Shown piece by piece: positions 55,778 to 64,000 of a stretch of 64,000 nt of DNA. The notes beneath the pieces are model-generated. The model saw only the letters and a program-made list of their open reading frames with translations, ran no database searches and was not told where the DNA came from. The translations under genes and the position numbers were made by a program. This stretch comes from Myxococcota bacterium (GTDB lineage: Bacteria > Myxococcota_A > UBA796 > UBA2385), in assembly GCA_044344255.1 (NCBI GenBank), contig JBIJDH010000011.1, positions 160,001 to 224,000 of the forward strand, given 5' to 3'. Numbering within the stretch: the first letter of the stretch is position 1; each line of letters starts with the position of its first letter.

Positions 55778-55812
55778 TCGGACAGCGTAGTCGGACAGCG
55801 TAGTCGGACAGC
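55774..55812. repeat. 13-bp perfect tandem repeat (GTAGTCGGACAGC) x3 across a stop codon
   Basis: Read directly; spans TAG at 55775-55777. Confidence 0.9.
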
Positions 55813-55853
55813 GGGTCGATCGGCTCGACGTTCGACGGCCCTCCGTGGTCCCG

Positions 55854-55900
55854 GAAGCGCCCCAACCCGAAGCCCGGGTGCGGGGCGCTTCTTGGTTTCT
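55854..55900 (+). terminator. Putative intrinsic terminator
   Basis: GAAGCGCCCC..ACCCG loop CGGGT..GGGGCGCTTC hairpin followed by TTGGTTTCT. Confidence 0.6.
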
Positions 55901-55944
55901 GGGGACGGGGCCCACCACCTGCACAACACGGTAGACTGCCGACC

Positions 55945-58242
55945 ATGTTGACCGATACCCGCCGCGGCCAGGCCGCCCCGACCCCGTCTGCTCCCTCCCC
56001 CTTGCCCGTCGTGGGGACATCGCTCCCCCGCGTGGACGGTCCGTCCAAGGTGACGGGGAGGGCCCGTTATGTGGACGACTTCGCCCCCGAGGGCTGCCTC
56101 TACGGCGCCACCCTCCGCAGCACCCGGGCCCACGCGCGCATCCTCGCGGTGGAGCCCGATCCGGCCTTTGATTGGACCGGGATCACGATCTGCACGGCGA
56201 AGGACATCCCGGGCGAGAACCTCGTCTACCTGATGACCGAAGACCAGCCTGTGCTCTGTGACGGCCTCACGCGGCACGTCGCGGAGGCGGTGGCCCTCGT
56301 CGCGGCCCCCACCCGTGACCGCGCCACCGAGGCGCTGCAGCACCTCCGGGTCACCTACGAAGACCTCCCCGCCCTCCTCGACCCCCTCGTCGCCGAGGGC
56401 CACTCGGTGCGCATCTTCGGCGAGGACAACGTCTTCAAGCGCATCCACATCGACAAGCTCCCCGAGGGTGGGCCCGTGGAGGAGGAGGGGCTCATCATCG
56501 TCGAGGGCACCTACACGGTGGGCCTCCAGGAGCAGCTCTACATCGAGCCGCAGGGCATGCTCGCGCTCCCCCGGGCCGACGGCGGCCTCACGCTGCTGGG
56601 CTCGATGCAGTGCCCCTTCTACATTGACAAGGCCCTCAAGCGGGTGCTCGGGCACGAGCGCTTCAACGTGGTGCAGGCAGCGACCGGAGGGGGCTTCGGC
56701 GGTAAGGAGGAGTACCCCTCGATGATCGCCGCTCACGCTGCGATCCTCGCCGTGAAGACGGGGCGGCCGGTGAAGCTCGTCTACCGCCGGGATGAGGACC
56801 TCCGCGCCACGACGAAGCGGCACCCGGCGGTCATCCACCTCCGCACCGCCTCGACGCCCGCGGGGGCCACCCGGAAGCTCGAGGCTCGGATCGTGGTCGA
56901 CGGGGGGGCCTACAACACGCTCACCCCGGTGGTGCTGTCCCGGGCCGTCCTGCATGTCACCGGCCCCTACCGCGCCGATGAGGTGCACCTCGATGGGGTG
57001 GCGGTGGCTACGAACACGCCCCCCAACGGGGCCTTCCGTGGTTTTGGTGCGCCGCAGGCGCTCTTCGCCGCTGAGCGCCACATCGACGCCATCGCCCGCC
57101 GGCTCGGTCGTTCGCCCGTCGAGCTGCGCCGGCAGCTCCTCTACCGAGACGGTGACCGCAGCGCGACCGGTCAGCTCCTCACCGACACGGGCGCCGCCGC
57201 CGTCTTTGAGGAGGCGCTCGCCGCCGCCGAGGCCCCCCTCCTCCCCTCTCCGCCCGATCCGGGTGGCGCGGGGCGCCGCCTCGCGCGCGGCCGCGGCGTC
57301 TCGCTCGTCTTCCACGGCTGCGGCTTCACGGGCAACGGCGAGGCCTGGTTGAAGGGCAAGGCTGGCCTCGCCCTCGAAGGAGACCGCGTCCGGGTGCTGA
57401 GCTCCTCGACCGACATTGGACAGGGGGCTGAGACCACCTTCGTGCAGATCGCCGCTGACGAGCTCGGCCTCGCCGCCGACCGCTTCGACATGTCGCCCCA
57501 CGACACCGCCCTCGTCCCCGACTCTGGGCCCACCGTGGCTTCCCGCACCTGCATGGTGGTGGGGCACGTGATCCAGGAGGCCGCTCGAAAGCTGCGGGCC
57601 GCCCTTCAGGCCGAGACGGGCCTCGCCGACGAGCGCGACTTCGACCGCCTCCTCGCCGCGCGGCGCTCCGCCGCCCCGCTGCGGGTCGAGCACACCTACG
57701 AGGACGACGGCTCGATGCGGTGGGACGCCGACCTCTACCAGGGGGACGCCTACCCCACCTTCGGCTGGGCCGCCTGCGTGGTCGACCTCGACGTGGACAT
57801 CGACACTGGCGAGGTGATCTACCGCCGCCTCGTCAGCGCCACCGACGTCGGGCGGGCGATCAACCCCGTCATCGTGACGGGTCAGATCGAGGGCGGCTCC
57901 GTTCAGGGTCTCGGCTACGCGACCTCGGAGGAGGTGGTGCTCGACGATCAGGGCGGGATGCGAAACAACCGATTGACGAACTACATCATCCCCACCACGA
58001 TCGACGCGCCGGAGATGATCACCCGCCTCGTCGAGATCCCCTACCGCCGCGGCCCCTTCGGCGCGAAGGGGGTGGGAGAGATCCCGGTCGACGGTCCGGC
58101 CCCCGCGGTGGCCCAGGCCATCGAGGCCGCGGTGGGCGTGACGCTCGACCGCCTCCCCATGACCCCCGAGCGGGTGCTCGCGGCCCTCTCCCTGGCCCCC
58201 GCCTCCCACCCGGCCGGACCGGCCGCGCAGGTGAAGTCGTGA
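55945..58242 (+). CDS. Xanthine dehydrogenase-family molybdopterin-binding subunit
   Basis: KVTG.A.Y.DD, GGGFGGK, AFRGFG.PQ, GQG..T, GQIEGG, GAKGVGE. Confidence 0.95.
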   Translation: MLTDTRRGQAAPTPSAPSPLPVVGTSLPRVDGPSKVTGRARYVDDFAPEGCLYGATLRSTRAHARILAVEPDPAFDWTGITICTAKDIPGENLVYLMTEDQPVLCDGLTRHVAEAVALVAAPTRDRATEALQHLRVTYEDLPALLDPLVAEGHSVRIFGEDNVFKRIHIDKLPEGGPVEEEGLIIVEGTYTVGLQEQLYIEPQGMLALPRADGGLTLLGSMQCPFYIDKALKRVLGHERFNVVQAATGGGFGGKEEYPSMIAAHAAILAVKTGRPVKLVYRRDEDLRATTKRHPAVIHLRTASTPAGATRKLEARIVVDGGAYNTLTPVVLSRAVLHVTGPYRADEVHLDGVAVATNTPPNGAFRGFGAPQALFAAERHIDAIARRLGRSPVELRRQLLYRDGDRSATGQLLTDTGAAAVFEEALAAAEAPLLPSPPDPGGAGRRLARGRGVSLVFHGCGFTGNGEAWLKGKAGLALEGDRVRVLSSSTDIGQGAETTFVQIAADELGLAADRFDMSPHDTALVPDSGPTVASRTCMVVGHVIQEAARKLRAALQAETGLADERDFDRLLAARRSAAPLRVEHTYEDDGSMRWDADLYQGDAYPTFGWAACVVDLDVDIDTGEVIYRRLVSATDVGRAINPVIVTGQIEGGSVQGLGYATSEEVVLDDQGGMRNNRLTNYIIPTTIDAPEMITRLVEIPYRRGPFGAKGVGEIPVDGPAPAVAQAIEAAVGVTLDRLPMTPERVLAALSLAPASHPAGPAAQVKS

Positions 58243-58709
58243 AGCTCGATCTGCTGGTGAACGGTGAGGCTCGGACGGTCGAGGCCCCGCCAATGGCGCG
58301 CCTCCTCGACGTCCTCCGGGAGGACCTCCGGCTGACCGGGGCCAAGGAGGGGTGCGGCGAGGGAGAGTGTGGAGCCTGCAGCGTGCTGCTCGACGGTCGG
58401 GTGGTCAATTCCTGCCTCGTCCCCGTCGTCCAGGCGGTGGGCGCCCGGGTGACCACGGTCGAGGGCCTCTCGGAGAGCGATCGGGTCCTGCACCCCGTCC
58501 AGGCGGCCCTGCTCGCCCATGGCGGAGCCCAGTGTGGCATCTGCACGCCCGGCTTCGTGGTAGCCGCGGCTGCCTTGCTCGAGCGCAACCCCCACCCGAC
58601 CCGAGAGGAGGTCCGGGTCGGCTTGGCGGGTAACCTCTGCCGCTGCACCGGCTACCAGAAGATCGTAGACGCCGTCGCGGTGGCCCTGTCCGCAGAGAGC
58701 GCCCGATGA
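58239..58709 (+). CDS. (2Fe-2S)-binding subunit (XdhC/CoxS-like)
   Basis: GAKEGCGEGECGAC, QCGICTPG, GNLCRCTGY; GTGA overlap. Confidence 0.95.
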   Translation: MKLDLLVNGEARTVEAPPMARLLDVLREDLRLTGAKEGCGEGECGACSVLLDGRVVNSCLVPVVQAVGARVTTVEGLSESDRVLHPVQAALLAHGGAQCGICTPGFVVAAAALLERNPHPTREEVRVGLAGNLCRCTGYQKIVDAVAVALSAESAR

Positions 58710-59569
58710 AGACGAGCACCGCACCGGTCTTTCGCGCGGGGAGCCTGCAGGAGGCCCTCTCGCTGCGCTCCACCCACCCCCAGGCCACGGTGCTGGCGGG
58801 CGGCACGGACGTGATGGTGTACATCGAGTCCGACAGCCTGAGCCCGACCGCGATCCTCGACCTCTGGCCCTGTGACGAGCTCCGCGGCGTCTCGGTCGAG
58901 GCGGACGGCGCGGTCGCGATCGGCGCCCTCACCACCTGGACCGACGTCGCCCTCCACCCCTCCCTCCCCGCGGCCCTGCGGGACTGCGCCCTCACCGTGG
59001 GGGCGCTGGCGATCCAGAACCGCGGCACCGTGGGCGGCAACATCGTCAACGCCTCTCCCGCCGGCGACTCGCTGCCCCTCTGGCTCGCGATGGAGGCCGT
59101 CTTCGAGCTCGGGAGCCTGCGCGGTCGTCGTCTTGTGCCCGCCGCCGCCTTCTTCCGGGGCTACAAGTTGATCGACCTCGCCCCGGATGAGCTCCTCCTC
59201 CGCGTCCACATCCCCGTCGGCGCAGGTGCGGGGCTGACCTACCGCAAGGTGGGCACCCGCCTCGCCCAGGCCATCTCCAAGGTGGTGCTCGGCGGTCGGA
59301 TCGTGCTCGCGGGCGGCGTGGTGGTGCGAGCCCGCGTGGCCCTCGGCTCGGTGGGGCCGGTGCCGCTGCGCTGCCGCTCGGTCGAGACCGCGCTGCTCGG
59401 CCGGGCCATCGACCCCGGGGCCGCCGACTTCGTGCTCGACGACATCCGCCCGATCGACGACGTGCGCAGCACCGCGGACTATCGAGCCCGCGTGTCCCGC
59501 AACATCGTGCACGCCTGGCTGACCTCCCTCGCGGGAGACCTTGCCAGCGACCCCGGCGGGGCTAGATAA
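58706..59569 (+). CDS. FAD-binding subunit (XdhB/CoxM-like)
   Basis: LAGGTD, IQNRGTVGGN..NASPAGD, PIDDVRST..YR. Confidence 0.95.
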   Translation: MKTSTAPVFRAGSLQEALSLRSTHPQATVLAGGTDVMVYIESDSLSPTAILDLWPCDELRGVSVEADGAVAIGALTTWTDVALHPSLPAALRDCALTVGALAIQNRGTVGGNIVNASPAGDSLPLWLAMEAVFELGSLRGRRLVPAAAFFRGYKLIDLAPDELLLRVHIPVGAGAGLTYRKVGTRLAQAISKVVLGGRIVLAGGVVVRARVALGSVGPVPLRCRSVETALLGRAIDPGAADFVLDDIRPIDDVRSTADYRARVSRNIVHAWLTSLAGDLASDPGGAR

Positions 59570-59591
59570 GCCTCCCTACCTGGAGGTCTGT

Positions 59592-60317
59592 ATGTCTTTC
59601 CCGAGCGTGTCTCGCCCCCTCTCCCGCGCCGCGGAGAGTGAGCGGGTCGGCTACCTCAAGCGCGTGCTGCTGTGGACGGTCGGCGGGCTCACCCTGTCCG
59701 GCGTCACGGGGGTGCTCTCTGCCGGGGGCCTCGCGCTGGCGGCCTCGTCGGGGATGACCTTCCTCTTCAACAAGTGGGTGTCGATGGGCCTCATCCTCGG
59801 CGCCTTCGCCGTGGCCCAGATGGTCGCCCCCAAGCTGGTCTTCGGAGAGCAGAAGCTGCTCGGCTTCGGCCTCGGCGCCGTGGCCCAGGGCTTCGCGATG
59901 GGCTTCCTCCTCCTCGCCGCGGCGGCGATGGGCGCCGCGACGGGCAGCCCCTTCGGCCTGATCGGCATGGCGATGGCGATGACCGTGCTCACCGGCGTGG
60001 GCCTTACGAGCTACGTCTGGACGGGCCCAAAGGAATTTTCGATGCTCGGCGCGGCCCTCTCGGCCCTGTCCATCCCGATGCTCGTCCTGATGGGCGTCGG
60101 CCTCGTCTTTCCCGCGCTGTTCGGCGGGACCTTCGGCCTCATCATCTCGCTCGTCTTCGTGGGCGTGAGCGTGGGCGGGCTGCTCTATCAGATCAATCAG
60201 GTGATGCACCGCCTGAACACAGACCAGCACATCGAGGGCGCCTACACGATCATGATGGGCATCCTGGTCCTGTTCTGGAACATCCTGTCGCTCTTGATGC
60301 GCATGAACCGTCGCTGA
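59592..60317 (+). CDS. Bax inhibitor-1/YccA-family membrane protein
   Basis: ER..YL.RV, seven TM helices, DFS-like motif, LF.NILSLL. Confidence 0.85.
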   Translation: MSFPSVSRPLSRAAESERVGYLKRVLLWTVGGLTLSGVTGVLSAGGLALAASSGMTFLFNKWVSMGLILGAFAVAQMVAPKLVFGEQKLLGFGLGAVAQGFAMGFLLLAAAAMGAATGSPFGLIGMAMAMTVLTGVGLTSYVWTGPKEFSMLGAALSALSIPMLVLMGVGLVFPALFGGTFGLIISLVFVGVSVGGLLYQINQVMHRLNTDQHIEGAYTIMMGILVLFWNILSLLMRMNRR

Positions 60318-60324
60318 GCGCGCC

Positions 60325-61257
60325 TCAGTAGGGGCTGCGGGAGGGGTCGCCGAACCACCCCGTCAGCCCCAGGCGATAGACGAAGGCCCCGTGGCGCTCG
60401 ACGAGCCCGTGCTCCCACCCCGCGGTCTTCCCGTGTCCACCCCACCACAGGGTGATGTGGTCGTCCCAGGGGTAGAGCATGCGAAGCTCCAAGGAGCCGC
60501 CGGGCGTCGGCCTCGCCCCCCGGCGGAGGGCCTCGGGCTGGGTCCAGAGGGCGAGGGCCGAGCCGAGCTGGACGGGCCCGACCGGCAGGCTGAGCAGCTC
60601 GGCGCGGACCCCGGGATAGACCCGATCATCGCTCAGGCCGAGGCTCAGGCGACCGAGCAGGGCCGGTGGGGTCCAGTCCCAGCGCCCCTCGGCGTCGGCG
60701 ACCCAGCCATAGGGCGTGCGCCCGCTGTCGAAGCCGGTCACGGCGAAGCGCTCCCCCAGGCGCAGCCCATGGACGGTGAAGCTCAGCGGCTCGTCGTGGC
60801 GAAGGAGGTGGAGGGGGATGTGTCGATGAAGCAGGGTCTCCACCTCGGGATCGAGGCCGGAGAAGGCCAGCGCGGTCGGGCCGCGGCGTCGACCGAAGGG
60901 GGTGCCCCAGCCACGAGGGCGGGAGGTGGCCACCACCCGCTTGGCGCGCTTGGGGGGGATGGCGGCGGCGCGGATCCCCGTCGCCTTGCCGGTGGTCTGG
61001 TTAAATGTAAGGACCTTACTTCGTTTTCGCGGTGTACCGACCGCGGAGGTGCAGGCCCAGGCGGGGTGGAGGCCCCAGGGGTCGCCGCTCGGCCGCTCCA
61101 GCTGGGAACGGACGGCGGGCTCTGTGGGGGAGGCGACCACCGCGGCCAGGGAGGGGAACGACACGCACCAGGTGAGGGAGATCCATCCGCAGAGCGGCAG
61201 ATACGGCCGGGACCGCGCTGCGCGCTCCGTCAATTCGCCCGCTGGGATCGGCTCCAC
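60325..61257 (-). CDS. Hypothetical protein, possibly a remnant with an outer-membrane beta-barrel-like C-terminus
   Basis: C-terminal half has beta-strand pattern and GKTAGW; N-terminal half looks compositionally atypical. Confidence 0.35.
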   Translation of the reverse strand: MEPIPAGELTERAARSRPYLPLCGWISLTWCVSFPSLAAVVASPTEPAVRSQLERPSGDPWGLHPAWACTSAVGTPRKRSKVLTFNQTTGKATGIRAAAIPPKRAKRVVATSRPRGWGTPFGRRRGPTALAFSGLDPEVETLLHRHIPLHLLRHDEPLSFTVHGLRLGERFAVTGFDSGRTPYGWVADAEGRWDWTPPALLGRLSLGLSDDRVYPGVRAELLSLPVGPVQLGSALALWTQPEALRRGARPTPGGSLELRMLYPWDDHITLWWGGHGKTAGWEHGLVERHGAFVYRLGLTGWFGDPSRSPY

Positions 61258-61393
61258 ATCTCGGGGTGGCTCGTCCGGGGCTCATGCTGGGGTCCGTTGG
61301 CGCTTACGCGGGCCTCCGGATGTAGCCGTGCGATTCCACTTGGGTATCCCGCGAAATCCAATCCAGCGACGCTGCTTTACGGGGATTCAGACC

Positions 61394-62389
61394 CTACCGA
61401 TCCGGTTCGCGAACCGGCGCCTGCCCCGCCGACCGCCGCTCCCGGCTGCGCAGGTAGTCCGGCCAGAGGGCCTCGCAGAGGCGGGTCAGCGCAGCGTCTA
61501 CGGCCTGTGTGGCGGCCCAGACGCCGTCGGGGAGGGTCTCTTCGAGGAGTCGGTTGGTCTCCAGCGCCTTGGCGGCGAGGGCCTCGGGGCTGGGAGGGTC
61601 GTCGAGGGAGCCCACGCGGGTCTTGCCGAGGAGCTCCGACAGGGAGCCCGACAGGCCCACATTGGAGGGGTGGATGCTGCGATCGGCGTCGACGACGAGG
61701 CCGGTGTTGAAGAAGGGGGTGGGCGCGACGGTGAAGAGGTTGCGGAGGTAGAGGCGCTGCCCGTTCTCCCAGGCCTGTCGGATCTCGCTCTCGATCCCCT
61801 GGAAGCCCTCCCGCAGCGCCAGGAGCTGCTCGGGCTTCCAGGGGATGTAGTAGCCGGGGAGCAGGTTGAAACGCCAGAAGCCGAGGCTCCGCAGGTGGCG
61901 GAAGTTCTCGAGGGCCCGCGCGGCGGTGGAGGGGGCGAAGGTCTGGGTGATGACCACCCGCGGGGTCCGCAGCAGGGCCTCTCGCAAGCCGAGCACGTGG
62001 TCGTAGGTGTCGGGCACCCCGGGGAGCGCGCGGCGGAGCCGGCGGTGGTCCTCGGGGGCGCCGTCCATGGACAGGGTCAGGATGCCCTTCGGATAGGCGC
62101 GCAGGTAGTCGAGCCACTCGGCGTCGAGGCCGAGGCCGTTCGTCGACAGATACACACTCCGGACGCGGGGCTCCTCCCGCGCGGCCTCCATCGCGGCCCG
62201 GACCACGCCGGGGACGAGCAGGGGCTCGCCGCCGAAGAGCTTGAGGTCACCGCCGCCGTATCGCTCGGCGAAGAGGCGCACCGCGCGTCGGGCGTCGTCC
62301 TCGGAGAGCGAGGGCCAGCCGTCCTTGGCGGTGGGGCAATAGGCGCAGCGGAGGTTGCAGGCCCGCGTGACCGTGAGGATGAGGCTCAT
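61394..62389 (-). CDS. Radical SAM protein of the His-Xaa-Ser locus
   Basis: CNLRCAYC, FGGEP, TNG, SMDG; no SPASM cysteines. Confidence 0.9.
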   Translation of the reverse strand: MSLILTVTRACNLRCAYCPTAKDGWPSLSEDDARRAVRLFAERYGGGDLKLFGGEPLLVPGVVRAAMEAAREEPRVRSVYLSTNGLGLDAEWLDYLRAYPKGILTLSMDGAPEDHRRLRRALPGVPDTYDHVLGLREALLRTPRVVITQTFAPSTAARALENFRHLRSLGFWRFNLLPGYYIPWKPEQLLALREGFQGIESEIRQAWENGQRLYLRNLFTVAPTPFFNTGLVVDADRSIHPSNVGLSGSLSELLGKTRVGSLDDPPSPEALAAKALETNRLLEETLPDGVWAATQAVDAALTRLCEALWPDYLRSRERRSAGQAPVREPDR

Positions 62390-62430
62390 GGGGCCCGCTC
62401 AGGGCGGCGGCGCCGGGCCCGGCCGAGCCC

Positions 62431-62793
62431 TCACCACTGGCCGTGAGAGCCGTGGGAGCCGTGGGAGCCGTGGCTGCCGTGCGACCCATGGGACCCATGC
62501 GAGCCGTGGCTACCGTGGCTGCCGTGCGACCCATGGCTGCCGTGGGAGCCGTGGGAGCCGTGGGAGCCGTGGGAGCCGTGGCTGCCGTGCGAGCAGTGGG
62601 TGACGTAGACCAGCCCCGCGTTGTCGGGGTCGGCGAGCAGCTCGTCGGCCTTGATCGCCGCCTCGTCGGCGCGGATCACCGGGTTGACCTGCTGGAGCTC
62701 CTGGAGCTGCAGGAAGTCTACCGGTCGCCGCTCCAGCTTGGGGAGTTCGGCGGCGGAGTCAGCTTGAAACTTACCATTCTGCAGGGTGGCCAT
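62431..62793 (-). CDS. hxsA: His-Xaa-Ser repeat precursor peptide
   Basis: 65-aa leader followed by HCS(HGS)16HGQW; AGGAG RBS; between two radical SAM genes. Confidence 0.9.
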   Translation of the reverse strand: MATLQNGKFQADSAAELPKLERRPVDFLQLQELQQVNPVIRADEAAIKADELLADPDNAGLVYVTHCSHGSHGSHGSHGSHGSHGSHGSHGSHGSHGSHGSHGSHGSHGSHGSHGSHGQW

Positions 62794-62801
62794 GTGCTCT
62801 C

Positions 62802-64000
62802 CTAGACCGTCGCGGCGTCGCCCGCGGTGACGAGGTCACCGGGCGCGGGCATACGGGGACGGTCTACCGTCCAGCGTCGGAAGATGGTCTCGGCAAGGGG
62901 ATCGTTCAACAGCCGCTCAAAGAGGATGTGGAGGATGCCCAGGTGCTGTTGGTGCTTGAGGGTGAGCGGGCGTTGTCCGAAGAGGTCGCCGCTCAGCATA
63001 TAGTTGTGGTCGGGACGGACGCCGCACCAGGGGGCGGCGAAGCAGCTCTCACACTGGGGCAGCGCGTCGAGGAAGCTCGAGGCTGCGAGGGCTCGCACCG
63101 TGGGGTGGCGGGTGGCCTCCTCGAAGCTGGTCTGGTCGACGTGGCCGATGAGGAAGAAGGGGTCCCCCATCGCGTGGACCATTCTGCCCTCGTCAGAGGG
63201 GAGGATCGCGCCATCGTAATTGTAGCAGATCTGCCCGGTCCCGGCCCCGAGGGGGGAGCGGATGTCGACGAAGTTGGGGTCGTCGGGCGTGAGCAGCTTC
63301 TTCAGGAAGGTCGCCGCGGTGCCCTCCATGATCTGGACGCCCTTCTTGTTCAGCTCGATGATGTAGTCGAGGATGTCCCGGTAATAGTCCAGGAACTCCT
63401 CCATCGAGTAGCCGATGGTCTTCCAGGTCTTGGTGGCGAAGCCGAAGGGGTTGAGCGGCCGGATGTGGATGTTACGGAGGCCGAGCTCCACGTAGAGATC
63501 GACGATCTCCCGCCCCTTCCCGAGCGAGGCGCGGGTGGTGGTGGTGAGCGCGTCTACATGCCAGAGCTCGGGGTCGCGGCCCATGTCCACGTAGCGCTGG
63601 TTGATCTTCTTCATCCAGCCGATGACGGTGTCGAAGGCGGCGCCCTTCTGGCCGGTCCAGGGCCGGTTTGTGTCATGGAGCTCGCGGGGGCCGTCGAGGC
63701 TCGTGCAGAGCAGGACGCCGTTCTTCACCAGCCAGTCCGCCGTCTCGTCGGTCATGTACGTCATGTTCGTGACGACGGAGTGGTCCAGCGTCTTCCGCTC
63801 GTAGCGGTTCTTCTCGCGGCTGTACTCGACGCAGAACTTGATGACGTCGAGGTTCACGGTGGGCTCGCCGCCCTGGTACTCGAAGCAGAGGTAGGGCGAG
63901 GGCGTGCGCATCGCGTGGTCCACCACCTTCTTCGCCGTCTCCAGGGACATGTCGGTGTCGACACGGTCCATGTCGGTGCGGGAGGCGTGGCAGTAGCGGC
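62802..64000 (-). CDS. hxsB: His-Xaa-Ser system radical SAM maturase HxsB-like (5' end outside the window)
   Basis: ..RYCHAS at the window edge, QGGEP, SLDGP, LNPFGFA, RSP.GAG.GQ..YNYDG, DEGRM. Confidence 0.85.
   Translation of the reverse strand, partial: RYCHASRTDMDRVDTDMSLETAKKVVDHAMRTPSPYLCFEYQGGEPTVNLDVIKFCVEYSREKNRYERKTLDHSVVTNMTYMTDETADWLVKNGVLLCTSLDGPRELHDTNRPWTGQKGAAFDTVIGWMKKINQRYVDMGRDPELWHVDALTTTTRASLGKGREIVDLYVELGLRNIHIRPLNPFGFATKTWKTIGYSMEEFLDYYRDILDYIIELNKKGVQIMEGTAATFLKKLLTPDDPNFVDIRSPLGAGTGQICYNYDGAILPSDEGRMVHAMGDPFFLIGHVDQTSFEEATRHPTVRALAASSFLDALPQCESCFAAPWCGVRPDHNYMLSGDLFGQRPLTLKHQQHLGILHILFERLLNDPLAETIFRRWTVDRPRMPAPGDLVTAGDAATV

Noticed and set aside
62435..62600. CRISPR array or non-coding repeat
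   Set aside because: It is a 9-bp coding repeat (His-Gly-Ser) without spacers, and there are no cas genes.

Overview
Very GC-rich bacterial chromosome window. The gene repertoire (many lipoproteins with acidic linkers, MYXO-CTERM-like tails, MopE-like repeats) suggests Myxococcota, which is an inference. It appears to span the replication origin: a DnaA-box cluster at about 53.1-53.3 kb precedes dnaN-recF-gyrB, but dnaA is not adjacent. Ordinary content includes a TonB-dependent receptor operon with a TtpC/TonB2-like energising set, an NtrC-type regulator, gatCA, a pair of ArsA/Get3-like ATPases, Sua5, a cytochrome c, a three-subunit xanthine-dehydrogenase-family enzyme and a ccdAB toxin-antitoxin pair. 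The most notable items are: (1) a RiPP-like island with a full-length LanB, no LanC, a Cys-free 39-aa precursor, a cysteine-cluster enzyme and an aldo-keto-reductase-like enzyme, bracketed by a degenerate duplicated gene end; (2) an FtsH-type AAA ATPase whose protease domain is replaced by an Sm/Hfq-like tail and which is coupled to a site-2 protease, next to a rhomboid and a degenerate ClpX; (3) a His-Xaa-Ser precursor with 17 HxS repeats between two radical SAM enzymes; (4) recurring 13-16 bp tandem repeats across stop codons, and two internally deleted gene-fragment copies. All family calls come from motif recognition by eye; no database searches were run.
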